Notes under the pieces: model-generated
Seen by the model: only the letters and a program-made list of their open reading frames with translations
What the model was told of the DNA's origin: nothing
The model's database searches: none
Position numbers and translations under genes: made by a program
NCBI GenBank assembly: GCA_037443005.1
Contig: JBBIPE010000001.1
Coordinates: 1,634-65,633 of the forward strand
Direction: 5' to 3'
DNA from: an archaeon
GTDB lineage: Archaea > Nanobdellota > Nanobdellia > Parvarchaeales > Parvarchaeaceae
Length of the DNA stretch: 64,000 nt
Shown here: positions 1 through 10,649 of the stretch, piece after piece
Layout: each line of letters starts with the position of its first letter
How positions within the stretch are numbered: position 1 is the stretch's first letter

Positions 1-2
1 TT

Positions 3-341
3 CAGGAGAAAGTAGAATCTCCAGAAGTTTCACCATTTGAAGAGATTTCATTTGAGAAGCAGTTCAGTCCGCAGTCGGATTTACAGAAAAAAATGTTTGA
101 AACGGTTAATCCTAATCTTGAAGCGGATCAGGCCGCAGAAGAGGGTGATGAAATCATCAATAATCCAATAAATCTTTTACTGAAATTAGTTAAGGAAAAA
201 CGTGCAGTGACACTACCTCAGGCCGCACAAACTTTAAATGTAAGTAAAGACTTAATAGACACATGGGCTAAGATATTAAGCCAAAGCTCTCTTATAAGGA
301 TAAGATACCAGCTTATGGGAGACACGATACTTGAAGCATGA
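3..341 (+). CDS. C-terminal part of a protein that runs off the window start; helical, HTH-like tail; family not recognised
   Basis: Reading frame is open from nt 3 with no stop; ends TGA 339-341 overlapping the next gene start (ATGA). Confidence 0.35.
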   Translation, partial: QEKVESPEVSPFEEISFEKQFSPQSDLQKKMFETVNPNLEADQAAEEGDEIINNPINLLLKLVKEKRAVTLPQAAQTLNVSKDLIDTWAKILSQSSLIRIRYQLMGDTILEA

Positions 342-1054
342 AAATGGAAAAAAACTCAGATATCAAAGTGGAAAGAGAAACGACAGGCATACCTGGTTTA
401 GATGAGGCACTTAATGGTGGATTCCCTAAGAACAGTGTAATTCTCCTGACGGGAACACCTGGGGCCGGCAAGACAACTTTTTCTATGCAATTCCTAGTAG
501 ATGGCGCAAAAAAAGGGGAAAAATGCCTTTATTTTACGTTGGAAGAAAGCGCTGATGATATAATTGAGCAATTTCAGCTTTTCGATCCAAAGTTAAAGGA
601 GTACATTGAGAATGGGTTAATAAAGATAGTTACAATACCTCTGGTGGATTACGATTCATTAAAGGAAGTTGTTTCATCCGAGCTTGACGCTATGGGAGCG
701 CAGAGATTAGTAATAGACTCCGTTACATACCTACAGATGTTCTTTTCTGATGTGATGTCGATAAGAAAGGCGATAATAGAGCTTTCGACCATAATAAAGG
801 CAAGGAACTGTACTTCAATATTCATAGGGGAGATGCCTTACGGGGAAAACAAGCTTTCTTCCTTCGGTGTTGAGGAATTCGCGTCAGATGGAGTTATTGC
901 CGTGTATATGGTAGAGAAGCAGGGTTCTTTTATAAGAGCTTTAAGAATAGTAAAAATGAGGCTTACAGACCACTTGACTAAATTTATACCTCTTGATATA
1001 AAGCCCACAGGCGTAGTTGTTTATCCTTCTGCAGAGCTCTTCGCAGAGATTTGA
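338..1054 (+). CDS. KaiC-like RecA-superfamily ATPase (single KaiC domain)
   Basis: Walker A GTPGAGKTT; Walker B RLVIDSV; KaiC-type YFTLEES motif; 238 aa. Confidence 0.7.
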   Translation: MKMEKNSDIKVERETTGIPGLDEALNGGFPKNSVILLTGTPGAGKTTFSMQFLVDGAKKGEKCLYFTLEESADDIIEQFQLFDPKLKEYIENGLIKIVTIPLVDYDSLKEVVSSELDAMGAQRLVIDSVTYLQMFFSDVMSIRKAIIELSTIIKARNCTSIFIGEMPYGENKLSSFGVEEFASDGVIAVYMVEKQGSFIRALRIVKMRLTDHLTKFIPLDIKPTGVVVYPSAELFAEI

Positions 1055-1055
1055 T

Positions 1056-1997
1056 ATGGCTCTCTGGATTGAAAAATACAGGCCGCAGTCTTTTGATGAG
1101 ATAATAGGACAAAAAGAGATTATTGAAAAATTAAAAGCAATGGCTGATAAAAAGGAGATACAGCACATGATACTTTCTGGTCCACCTGGTGTAGGCAAAA
1201 CAACCTGTGCCGTTGTTCTCGCGAAGGAAGTCTTTGGAAATACTTGGAACCAGAATTTCATAGAATTAAACGCATCAGACGATAGAAAGCTTAGTGTTAT
1301 ACAAGGCAAAGTAAAGGAATTTGCAAGGACAAAACCAATAGACTCTCCGTTTAAGATTATACTTTTCGATGAAGCCGACTCTTTGACGCAGGAGGCGCAG
1401 CAGGCATTAAGAAGGATGATGGAGGAGTACAGCGCAACATGCAGATTTCTTTTCAGTGTTAACTACCAAAGCAATATAATAGAGCCTTTGCAGTCAAGGT
1501 GCGCAATATTGAGGTTCCAGCCACTTTCAAAGGCTGATGTAAACAAATTTATAGACAGAATAGCCAAAAGCGAGAAACTTGAAGTTGATACTGAAGCCAA
1601 GGATGCATTAGAATATGTTTCAAGAGGAGATTTAAGAACGCTTGTGAATTTGATACAGTCACTTGCCAATGTATCAAATAAGATAGATGCAAAGGCCATT
1701 TTGCAGAGCAGCGGGCTTATGGACGTCTCTAAAACTATAGATGGTCTTAAGGCTGCATTATCTGGTGACTTCAAAAAATCAAGGGAGATATTCTCAACAA
1801 TACTTGAAAGTGGAATAAACATGAAAGAGCTCCTTATATCCATATTCAATATAATCTCAACAACCGATATAGTAAACGATAAAGTCAAGAATTATGTATT
1901 TGAAAAGCTGGCTGAAACGGATTATAGGATAGTTGAGGGAGCAACGCCCTTTATACAGTTTCAGGCTTTTTTAGCTTTTCTATCAAGCTTAAAGTAG
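1056..1997 (+). CDS. rfcS: Replication factor C small subunit
   Basis: MALWIEKYRPQSFDEIIGQ, GPPGVGKTT, DEAD box, SRC motif; start taken at ATG 1056 just after KaiC stop. Confidence 0.9.
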   Translation: MALWIEKYRPQSFDEIIGQKEIIEKLKAMADKKEIQHMILSGPPGVGKTTCAVVLAKEVFGNTWNQNFIELNASDDRKLSVIQGKVKEFARTKPIDSPFKIILFDEADSLTQEAQQALRRMMEEYSATCRFLFSVNYQSNIIEPLQSRCAILRFQPLSKADVNKFIDRIAKSEKLEVDTEAKDALEYVSRGDLRTLVNLIQSLANVSNKIDAKAILQSSGLMDVSKTIDGLKAALSGDFKKSREIFSTILESGINMKELLISIFNIISTTDIVNDKVKNYVFEKLAETDYRIVEGATPFIQFQAFLAFLSSLK

Positions 1998-2000
1998 TGT

Positions 2001-2978
2001 ATGCTGTCTCTTTTTAAACCGGAAATTAGAATGTTTGCTGAGAATTACTCAAATAGTATATCCTCAAAAGTTCTATCTCTCGTAAAATCCGGCAAATCTA
2101 GGATAATATTTAACGGGCCTGCAGGAACTGGCAAGAATTTTTTAGCTGAGGCAATTGCCAATCAGATTGGCGCATCATTTGAAATCATAAATCTCTATGA
2201 GCTTTACGATGATACACAGAGCGTGGGCTCTCTTATCCGAGATAGCATAAAAAAATCAGCAGTCTCGAAATCTCTTTTTCAGTCAAATAGAAAAGTGATA
2301 TATATAGAGGATATGGAAAAGCTACTTTCTGTAGATCCATCAATAGCTGCTTCTCTGAATTCTCCTATTGGTGATTCCATTATAATATTTGAATCGGAAA
2401 GCGGTGATATATTTCGTAGCAAATACAAAAGGTACCTTTCAGGCTATGATATAGTAAAGTTCTACAAAATAAATAGCAGAGTATTAAAGGTTTTTGCCAC
2501 AAAGCTTGCAATATATAATAAATTAGCTATAGACGATTCAATTATTGACAGCATAGTAAGGAATTCAAATGGGAATATATCAAGCATAATAACAGATTTA
2601 AACACAATTGCGATAGCAGGGACTGAATACAGCGAGGCATTCCGCAATTCAGAGGATTCAATATTTGAAAAGCTGAATGCCGTATTCTCTGGCAAAGTAG
2701 AAAATATAGATATCTATTTTTCATCAGACATGGAAGCCAAGAACTTTGAGATATGGCTTGCTGATAAGGCCCCTCAGGTACTTAAAAGAGAGCAGCTTTA
2801 TCATTTTTTTGAGTCTTTATCCTCCGCGGATATAGTTTTAAACAAGATACGGAAACAAAACTGGAGTTTATTGAAGTACACTAGGAACATAATGGCCTAC
2901 AGCTGCTATGCATTTAAAGTTCAATCACCAAAAATAGACTTTTACGCCCCAAGATGGGATCTATACTACTCAAATTGA
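2001..2978 (+). CDS. rfcL: Replication factor C large subunit-like AAA+ protein (short, divergent, P-loop GKN)
   Basis: 3-bp gap after rfcS; AAA+ fold NGPAGTGKNF, Walker B VIYIED; only 325 aa. Confidence 0.55.
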   Translation: MLSLFKPEIRMFAENYSNSISSKVLSLVKSGKSRIIFNGPAGTGKNFLAEAIANQIGASFEIINLYELYDDTQSVGSLIRDSIKKSAVSKSLFQSNRKVIYIEDMEKLLSVDPSIAASLNSPIGDSIIIFESESGDIFRSKYKRYLSGYDIVKFYKINSRVLKVFATKLAIYNKLAIDDSIIDSIVRNSNGNISSIITDLNTIAIAGTEYSEAFRNSEDSIFEKLNAVFSGKVENIDIYFSSDMEAKNFEIWLADKAPQVLKREQLYHFFESLSSADIVLNKIRKQNWSLLKYTRNIMAYSCYAFKVQSPKIDFYAPRWDLYYSN

Positions 2979-3131
2979 TTTTATACTCCTGCTCTCAATT
3001 AGATTAAAAATTACAATTTATTCGATAATACTGATAAACTATATTTTTCAAGCTTTGTAGAAGGAGTCCAAATTAACTAGTATTAATCATGAATTAAAAT
3101 CATTTTTCTCTTTGTTTGAATCATTATTCAA

Positions 3132-3920
3132 TCAATCTTTTTTTATCTTTATATCAAAACAGACTCTCTCAAGATATGGTGCAACTTCTCCCGCATTTAC
3201 AGGCTTTATGTTTATCACTTTAAATCCCTGGTTTAAGCTTTTATTTATTCTTTTTATTATCTCTTCTCTTCCGCTTTCAGCGTCTGTTTTTATAAATGAA
3301 TAAAGGTGTATAGTACATTTTTTATTTGCTGCATAAAGCGCGGAATCAAGAAATTTATAAGCATAAAGCGGAAAATTCATTATTATTCTGTCAAATCCTC
3401 CACCTAACTTTTTCACTATTTTTTTTGAATCACCGCGGTAATAGTTTATGTTGTCTGTTTTGTTAAGTTTTATGTTCTTTTCGAGAAGTTTTATGGCCGT
3501 TTCATTTATATCCATTGCCGTTACATGCTTGCATTTTTTTGCAATTGGTACAGCGAATGGCCCAACTCCACAGAACATATCAAGTACACTCTCTTCTCTT
3601 CCTACTAGATTTGTTACCCTAAGTCTTTCATTTGACATTCTCGGGGAGAAATAGACTTTTTTTACGTCTACATAAAATAACGCTTTGTTCTCCTTATATA
3701 ATGTTAAACTCCCCTTGCCGATAAGTTGCCTTAGTTTCGGGAGTCTTTCCTCTCCGCTTATCATCCCTACTTTTTCGAAAACTCTCTTCACGCTTTTGTT
3801 TTTGGAAAGCAGCTCATTCAACTCTCTTATTTTTTCCTCTTTCTTCAACCTGCCTTCAAACTTGACTATAGCAATATCCCCTATTATATCAAAACCTTTT
3901 TTTATTTTTCCTTTTTCCAT
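3132..3920 (-). CDS. Trm5/Taw2-family (Met-10+ like) class I SAM-dependent tRNA methyltransferase
   Basis: VLDMFCGVGPFAVPIAKK SAM motif; Met-10+ architecture; start trimmed to MEKGKIKK. Confidence 0.7.
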   Translation of the reverse strand: MEKGKIKKGFDIIGDIAIVKFEGRLKKEEKIRELNELLSKNKSVKRVFEKVGMISGEERLPKLRQLIGKGSLTLYKENKALFYVDVKKVYFSPRMSNERLRVTNLVGREESVLDMFCGVGPFAVPIAKKCKHVTAMDINETAIKLLEKNIKLNKTDNINYYRGDSKKIVKKLGGGFDRIIMNFPLYAYKFLDSALYAANKKCTIHLYSFIKTDAESGREEIIKRINKSLNQGFKVINIKPVNAGEVAPYLERVCFDIKIKKD

Positions 3921-4049
3921 GTAAATTACTAAACAATCCAAAGAAGGGCAAGAATAAAAACAGTATAAACACGAAGATGTGGAAAACAAATATAAGTATA
4001 AGGCTTACTCCCAAAGTAAGTAAACTTATTGCAATCATATATTTGTTTT

Positions 4050-6779
4050 TCATTTTATGATAAGCATCGGTTTACCTGGCATGGCCTTGTCTTCTTTGCT
4101 TTCCTCTATTTTTATCTTAGATCCCAAATTCTTTTCGATTATTGTCTTTATCTCCTCAAATACTCTTATTTCTTTATCTCTGTCAAGTTTTTTATCCGGC
4201 AGTCTTTTCGGGTTTTTAAGCAGTCTGTTTACAAAGTCGTTTACGGGCAGGCCTTTCCTTAATTCGGAAGGATTTCTGTCTATACTCGCCTTTTCTCTTA
4301 TTTTATTGTATATATCAAACTTTTCCTCAGTTGCTATACCTATTATAATCTCTTTTGGATTACTTTTTGTTATTTTTATCAGACTGTTTATGTCATCGAT
4401 TGTTTTATTTGCAGTATCAAATTCGTTTTCTACTATCTCATTATCATACTCTTTTTTAGTCTCTGGCCAGCTTTTCTGTCTTTCCAGCAATTCTCCCCCA
4501 TTTATTACACTATTAATTTCCTCAGTTACGAATGGGAATATAGGGTGGTTTAGCTTTGAGAAGATAATAAGCGCGTATTTTATCGTTTCTTTGTTGTTTC
4601 CGCCGTAGTTTATATACTGCTTTATATCCTCTGTAAACTCGAAAAACGAGTAATTCACCGCATTTTTATATTTCATGTTCTCATATTCTTTTTCCGTATT
4701 CTTTATAAGGCGGTTTATTTTGGAAAGAAGGAATTCGTCTATAAGCTTTCTTTCTCCCTGAAAGCTTTCAATTATCTCTGTAAGATCCAATATGAACACT
4801 ATTTTCTGTTTAAAGCCGTTTATGTTGTCTAAATCCCAATCTGCATCATCCATACCGTTTGATGCGGATGCTATGAGCCTGGCAGAATCAGCACCGTATT
4901 CATTTACAACATAGTCTATAGTCATAGTGTTGCCCTTTGACTTGCTCATCTTCTGCTTGTTTACTGTCAACCAGCCGTTTATGCTTATCCCTCTTGGAAG
5001 TTTATCCTTGCTGAATATTGCTATATGGTTCATTATAAAGAAAGCTATATGATTTGTTATTAGCTCCTTTGCTGTAACTCTCAAGTCTAGAGGATACCAA
5101 TACTCGAATTCCTTTTTCATTTTCTCTATTTTTTCATCGAATTTCTTCCCGTTTTCCTTTCCAAGTAGGATATAATCGAAAATTTCATCTGTTATCTCTT
5201 CCTCCTTTATATCCTTTATTATATGGGAAAAAGTATAATACGCCATATATATTGTTGAATCACTTAAAGGCTCTATTAGCCAGTTATTATCCCATGGAAG
5301 AGGAGTTCCAAGGCCGCCTTTTCTTGTAGCAGCTTTATCCTCTAGATTATAAACTGCATTTGTAAGCTGGGCCCTTGCTTCTTCAGGCATTATGTTCATT
5401 TTTCCTATCCAATCAAGAGCTTTCTCCTTTAATTCTTTATCAGAATATCTTATGAACCATTGGTTTTCAACCAGCTTTACGACACCCTTTGCACCACATC
5501 TGCATATTACTTCTTTAGAGGGTTCATAGAATCTGTCATATGCGTTCTTTTTCTTTATTAATTCTATAGCACTTTCTTTCGCTTCTTTGACTGGCTTTCC
5601 ACTTAATTCGCCGTTTTTATCGTTTAATCTACCGTAATTAAACTCTGTTTTGTATACATATTTTGTAGCTTCCTGCAGTCCCTTTTCATCCTTTCCGAAC
5701 TTGTTAATAGCATTTTCAATAATGTTTTGATCTTTATCTACTTCTACTATCTTTATCGGATTATTTAGTTTCATATCCTTATTTATCTGATTATAGTAAT
5801 AATAATCCAGCGGAGCATGCATAGGTACGCTCATCACTATCCCTGTGTTTATATCGGTTTTTACAAATTTTCCATTTAGTACTGGAATGCTTTCTCCATT
5901 AATTGGGTTAGCTGCGCTTCTTCCTAAAATACTCTTTATATCAAAATCCTCTATTCTAATTGCATTTTTGCTCTGGTATCCCAGCTTTTCCGTAAACTCC
6001 TTTGAAACTATCCATTCTTCATTGTTTGACAGGTGTATTTTTTTGTAATCTCCATCCTGATTTATCCAGATATTGCTTACGCCGTATATTGTCTCAGGTC
6101 TAAGAGTTGCGGCAGGCAGGACTATATCACCAAGTTTAAACTTTATTATTGTAAATTCCACTGGGCTTTCCCCTTCTCCTTCTGCTCTGTCATGGTCACC
6201 TAGAGCAGTATCCTCATTCGGGCACCAGATTACAGGGTGGCTTCCTTGTTTTATATATCCGAGTTTTTTAAGTGTTCTGAATTGCCACTCAACGAATTTC
6301 GAGTATTGTTTTGTATACGAAAGTATAAAATTTCTCCTCCAATCGATTGAAGCGCCGATTAAATTGAAGTCGCTTTTATAAGTTTTGCCGAAAAACAACC
6401 CTAATTCAAGCGGGCTGCTTGCAAATCTTTCTATATCTGCATCTGTTGCACCTTGCCTTTTCATTAAGTCTATTGCCTTTTGATCCTTATTTTTCAGCCT
6501 CAATGACATGCCTGCCATAGGACCGCCTGTCATATGAAATCCCTGCGGGAAAAGAACATTCTTTCCTCTCATTTTCTGGAATCTAGCGAATATATCGGCC
6601 CTCACCCAAGTGTACATATGGCCTGTGTGCAGTCTTCCATCCGGGTACATTACCGGAACGGTTATGAAGAATTTTTCCTTATTCTCGTCAATATCTGCTT
6701 CATAAAGCTTTTTTTCATTGTATATCCTCCTCCATTTCTCTTCTATTTCCTTAGGCTCATATTTTGGCATATTCAACAA
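4050..6779 (-). CDS. leuS: Leucyl-tRNA synthetase, archaeal type
   Basis: HTGH (HIGH) and KMSKS motifs; 909 aa class I aaRS. Confidence 0.95.
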   Translation of the reverse strand: MLNMPKYEPKEIEEKWRRIYNEKKLYEADIDENKEKFFITVPVMYPDGRLHTGHMYTWVRADIFARFQKMRGKNVLFPQGFHMTGGPMAGMSLRLKNKDQKAIDLMKRQGATDADIERFASSPLELGLFFGKTYKSDFNLIGASIDWRRNFILSYTKQYSKFVEWQFRTLKKLGYIKQGSHPVIWCPNEDTALGDHDRAEGEGESPVEFTIIKFKLGDIVLPAATLRPETIYGVSNIWINQDGDYKKIHLSNNEEWIVSKEFTEKLGYQSKNAIRIEDFDIKSILGRSAANPINGESIPVLNGKFVKTDINTGIVMSVPMHAPLDYYYYNQINKDMKLNNPIKIVEVDKDQNIIENAINKFGKDEKGLQEATKYVYKTEFNYGRLNDKNGELSGKPVKEAKESAIELIKKKNAYDRFYEPSKEVICRCGAKGVVKLVENQWFIRYSDKELKEKALDWIGKMNIMPEEARAQLTNAVYNLEDKAATRKGGLGTPLPWDNNWLIEPLSDSTIYMAYYTFSHIIKDIKEEEITDEIFDYILLGKENGKKFDEKIEKMKKEFEYWYPLDLRVTAKELITNHIAFFIMNHIAIFSKDKLPRGISINGWLTVNKQKMSKSKGNTMTIDYVVNEYGADSARLIASASNGMDDADWDLDNINGFKQKIVFILDLTEIIESFQGERKLIDEFLLSKINRLIKNTEKEYENMKYKNAVNYSFFEFTEDIKQYINYGGNNKETIKYALIIFSKLNHPIFPFVTEEINSVINGGELLERQKSWPETKKEYDNEIVENEFDTANKTIDDINSLIKITKSNPKEIIIGIATEEKFDIYNKIREKASIDRNPSELRKGLPVNDFVNRLLKNPKRLPDKKLDRDKEIRVFEEIKTIIEKNLGSKIKIEESKEDKAMPGKPMLIIK

Positions 6780-6971
6780 AATACGTGCTAATTTTTATAC
6801 TTTAAGTTTATATAAATTTCTAAAATGCAGGCTTGCTGTCTTAATGTTTAAAAATAGCTGTAACTTACTATCTTTGTAATCTTTAAACTAATTTTTAGTT
6901 TAATTTCGAGCTATTTCAATGCAAAATTTTTGACATAAAACTTTATTAATTAAAATTCATTTTAAAGGATA
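6780..6971. promoter_or_regulatory. Divergent promoter region between leuS and proS, with several TATA-like TTTATATA boxes
   Basis: AT-rich 190-bp gap between divergent essential genes; palindromic TATA-like boxes. Confidence 0.4.
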
Positions 6972-8405
6972 ATGGTTGATGGGATAGAAGCAAAAAAAGA
7001 AGCGGATATAATGGCCTGGTACAATCAGGTCGTTCTAAAATCCGAAATGGTTGACTTTTCTATAATAAAGGGGTTTGCAGTTTATAGGCCATACGGTTAC
7101 CAAATGTGGGAAATGAGTGTATCATACCTTGATTCAAATTTTAAGTCTATGGGAGTAAAAAACGCTTACTTTCCTTTGTTGATACCGGAAAGCATACTAT
7201 CCAAGGAGAAGGAACACGTAAAAGGATTCAATCCAGAAGTTGCATGGGTTACTATGGGTGGTGATACAGAATTGGAGGAGAGGTTGGCTATACGGCCGAC
7301 ATCTGAAACCATAATGTATGACAGTTATTCAAAATGGATAAAAAGCTATAGAGATCTTCCGCTTCTTATAAACCAGTGGAATTCAATGGTAAGGTGGGAA
7401 ACCAAGGAGACTCGGCTTTTATTAAGGGGCAGAGAAGTTCTATGGCAAGAAGGCCATTGCGTATTCAGAACAGAGAAAGAGGCCGATGAAAATGCTAGGA
7501 AAATAATAGGAATATACAAACAATTTATGGAAGAAATGCTGGCTGTGCCAGTTCTTTTGGGTAGGAAAAGCGAGAGCGAGAAGTTTGCGGGGGCAGTCTC
7601 TACATATACAATAGAAGCGGTTCTTTCAAATAATTTTATGTCGCAGGCAGGCACTTCTCATTATCTTGGTCAGAATTTTTCAAAGTCATTTGATATAAAA
7701 TTCTTGGATGAAAACAATGAGCTAAAATATCCCTTTCAGACTTCATGGGGTATATCTATGCGTTCCTTAGGCGTAATGGTTTTAGTTCATGGTGACAATA
7801 ATGGTTTGGTTCTTTCACCTCATATAGCTCCTTACCAGTGCGCAATAATACCGATAATGAAGGAAGAAAAGGAAAAGGTGATCCAATACTCAAAGGAAGT
7901 AGAAAAAAGACTTAATGAGCTTGGTATAAGGACACTGCTGCTTGATAGGGAGGATGTTTCACCGGGATGGAAGCTAAATGAAAGTGATATGAAGGGCATA
8001 CCATTAAAAATACAGATAGGGAAAAAAGAGATTGAATCAAAATCTATCTTTGTGAAGACAAGGATAAACAGGGAGCAGTTTTCTGTTGATTTTAAAGATT
8101 TAAACAAAATAAAAGACAAACTTGAGGATATACATGGATTTATGCTTTCTAATGCAAGAAAACAATTAGAAGAGAAGATAAAGGTGGAAAACTCTAAAGA
8201 GAATATGATAAACGAGGTAAAGAATAATCTGTTTATAGTAAAAGCTTCATGGTGTGGAAGCCCAGAATGTGAGGAGAATATAAAGAATGAGACAGGGGCA
8301 ACCTCACGTTTAATACCTTTGGAGAAGGAGGAATTAATAAGCAAAGAATGCATATTCTGTGGTAAGCCAGCCATTTTCAATGCATACTTTGCAAAATCTT
8401 ACTGA
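6972..8405 (+). CDS. proS: Prolyl-tRNA synthetase, archaeal/eukaryotic type
   Basis: Class II core plus C-terminal Zn-binding domain CGSPECEEN...CIFCGKPA. Confidence 0.9.
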   Translation: MVDGIEAKKEADIMAWYNQVVLKSEMVDFSIIKGFAVYRPYGYQMWEMSVSYLDSNFKSMGVKNAYFPLLIPESILSKEKEHVKGFNPEVAWVTMGGDTELEERLAIRPTSETIMYDSYSKWIKSYRDLPLLINQWNSMVRWETKETRLLLRGREVLWQEGHCVFRTEKEADENARKIIGIYKQFMEEMLAVPVLLGRKSESEKFAGAVSTYTIEAVLSNNFMSQAGTSHYLGQNFSKSFDIKFLDENNELKYPFQTSWGISMRSLGVMVLVHGDNNGLVLSPHIAPYQCAIIPIMKEEKEKVIQYSKEVEKRLNELGIRTLLLDREDVSPGWKLNESDMKGIPLKIQIGKKEIESKSIFVKTRINREQFSVDFKDLNKIKDKLEDIHGFMLSNARKQLEEKIKVENSKENMINEVKNNLFIVKASWCGSPECEENIKNETGATSRLIPLEKEELISKECIFCGKPAIFNAYFAKSY

Positions 8406-8896
8406 TGGACTCTATAATATATTATGATGCAATAAAGAGCAGTTATGACAAGCTTTACTTTGAGGAGCAGATAAAGAAGATACGTTTTCTGCTTTCAAAA
8501 TTTGAAATACCAAAATCCGCGGAAATACTTGATGTTGGAGCAGGTTCAGGTATACTTGAAACCGTACTTACAGATAATAAGATAACTGCAGTTGAGCCTT
8601 CCGATATGTCAGAGATTATCGTACAAAGAAAACTTAAGAACGTTTCGCTTATAAGGAAGAAGATAGAGGATTTCAATACAGATGAAAAATTTGATTTTGT
8701 TTTTTGTATTACTGTTCTGCAGGATATAAAGGAGGAGGAGCGTGAAAATATTATAGAAAAGATGTTTTCCCTGGCTAAGGAGGGCGGTTTCATTGTAATC
8801 TCTGTTTTAAAAGCCTCAGGTATAGATCTTTCAGTTTTAAATCCCATTGAAACAGGCGAAATAGAAAATGACAGTTATTTCATATTCAAGAGATAG
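8405..8896 (+). CDS. Class I SAM-dependent methyltransferase
   Basis: ILDVGAGSGILE motif I; start overlaps proS stop (TGATG). Confidence 0.7.
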   Translation: MDSIIYYDAIKSSYDKLYFEEQIKKIRFLLSKFEIPKSAEILDVGAGSGILETVLTDNKITAVEPSDMSEIIVQRKLKNVSLIRKKIEDFNTDEKFDFVFCITVLQDIKEEERENIIEKMFSLAKEGGFIVISVLKASGIDLSVLNPIETGEIENDSYFIFKR

Positions 8897-9007
8897 AAAA
8901 AGAGCTTATAAATCCTTTATTTATTCCCATAAGTAAAGCTTTTTAAGTTTCAATTTCTACATCTATATTAAAGGTGAATCTTATTTAGGTTTATAAGGAG
9001 GTTGATT

Positions 9008-9280
9008 ATGACAGGAGTAACTAAGGGCGAAAAAATAGATGCGAAGACTATTGTTGGCAAAACCGTTGTCGGAAAAAGCGGTAAGAAAATAGGTGTGGTT
9101 CAGGATCTTATATATGAGGTTAGAACAGGTGAACTCGTTTATCTGTCAATAAAGAATGCTACTTCATATGCTAATACATTCCAGTTTGAAAAGGATGAAA
9201 GTGGCTATGAGGAAATCCCGTACAGTGCAGTTATCTCAATCGGAGATTTTGTAGTAGTTGCGGAAGAAGACATAATTTGA
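9008..9280 (+). CDS. PRC-barrel domain protein
   Basis: Strong SD AAGGAGG 6 nt upstream of ATG 9008; PRC-barrel-like small beta protein. Confidence 0.5.
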   Translation: MTGVTKGEKIDAKTIVGKTVVGKSGKKIGVVQDLIYEVRTGELVYLSIKNATSYANTFQFEKDESGYEEIPYSAVISIGDFVVVAEEDII

Positions 9281-9594
9281 ATGATGCCTTAGTTTTCTGT
9301 CGAATTAAGGGATGGTTTAATCATTATTCTAATATTTTATACTTTAAATTGTTCCTCTTTAAACAGGCGTATTTATTGTATACTGCAGTAAAAGATTCTT
9401 ATCGAGCAGATTGATAACTGGAGCAGCAAGCTTATAGAGAATAGCTGGAACTCTCAAAATATGTATACAATTATATTTGATGCATTTGATCTTCTGAAAT
9501 ATGAAATAGTTGGTTGATTTTGATAGCTCAAATCTATCTTTTGTAGACCTTGATAAATTATCTGGCTGCAGTTGATTTTTAATAAATATAAATT

Positions 9595-10380
9595 CTATTT
9601 TTTAAGCAAAGAACTGAAGGATATGGATATTACGAAACCGCTGTAAGTTACTTTTATATTGCCGTAAACTGGCAAACCAAGCGATTCTGATACACATATA
9701 TCCCCGTTTAAGCTTAGTCCTCCACTGTTTTTTGTGAACGAAGCTGTAGAGTTCATATCCATATAACCGCATTTTTCCCCATTGTAATCCTGAGTATATT
9801 TATAGGAAAATACAAAGTCATTAGTGTTGTTTATAGTGTAATTCTCCGACATAATCTTTAAATAAGGGCTGAAGAGGAAATTCTTATTTAACATGCCTGA
9901 AATGGCAGATGCTATCTCTGTTGAAAAATTATCATCTTGAGCTGCCTTTTTGTATACGCATTTTGTATTACCAGAAGTGCATAGAACAAAACCGGAGCCG
10001 TTGTATAAAGAGGTTGAATTGAATGTTTCATTTACAGAGGATTGCCCTATCAACTCCGCAAGGTTTTCAGTTACAAATGACATCCTGATAATGCTGCCGT
10101 TCCTGTAGATATCCATGCTGGCGGTATATACCACTGGTATCGGAACTGCAAGTTTAGCCTCCGCTGAATACTCTAGGTAGAATTTAGAATGGTTTTCAAC
10201 CCCTTTCTGCACTGCTTGCATTAGTCCAGTGCTGTTTTTTATGGAAGTAACATTTATTATCGGTTGGAATATATTCACAGGGTGATATCCGGTCAAATAA
10301 ATAAAAAATATGATTATAATTACAACCGACAATGGTATTATAACAAATTTAGCATTAATCTTGTATATTCTCATATACAA
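9595..10380 (-). CDS. Membrane-anchored extracellular protein with many N-glycosylation sequons
   Basis: N-terminal signal anchor; at least 10 NxS/T sequons; no family recognised. Confidence 0.5.
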   Translation of the reverse strand: MYMRIYKINAKFVIIPLSVVIIIIFFIYLTGYHPVNIFQPIINVTSIKNSTGLMQAVQKGVENHSKFYLEYSAEAKLAVPIPVVYTASMDIYRNGSIIRMSFVTENLAELIGQSSVNETFNSTSLYNGSGFVLCTSGNTKCVYKKAAQDDNFSTEIASAISGMLNKNFLFSPYLKIMSENYTINNTNDFVFSYKYTQDYNGEKCGYMDMNSTASFTKNSGGLSLNGDICVSESLGLPVYGNIKVTYSGFVISISFSSLLKK

Positions 10381-10649
10381 TCTCTACAAGCTAATACTAA
10401 AAATAGTTTCTTAATAGATAGTATAGCTAAATGTGTAAAAACGCCAATGAACTCTGCAAACTTTAAGCAGTAAGCCTTTAAAGGCATTCTACAAGAGTCA
10501 ACCGCCTACACTCACACTATCGAAGTTTTTAGAAATGCCAACAGTATATTCACCTTAAATCAATACAAACAACTGCCTTTTGTTGATGAACTTCTACGAA
10601 ACCAGCGGCGGGGATAAGTTTATATAGTATATAATTCTATATAATAGTC

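Noticed and set aside
1017-1055. Upstream start for rfcS at 1017
   Set aside because: It would overlap the KaiC-like gene by 38 nt. The conserved RFC N-terminus (MALWIEKYRP) starts at ATG 1056 just after the KaiC stop.
4057-4608. 183-aa plus-strand ORF, and several others such as 5845-6048 and 6073-6381, lying inside leuS on the opposite strand
   Set aside because: Ser/Phe/Leu-rich low-complexity translations are typical of the antisense frame of Lys/Glu-rich AT-rich genes. They lie fully within a well-supported aaRS gene.
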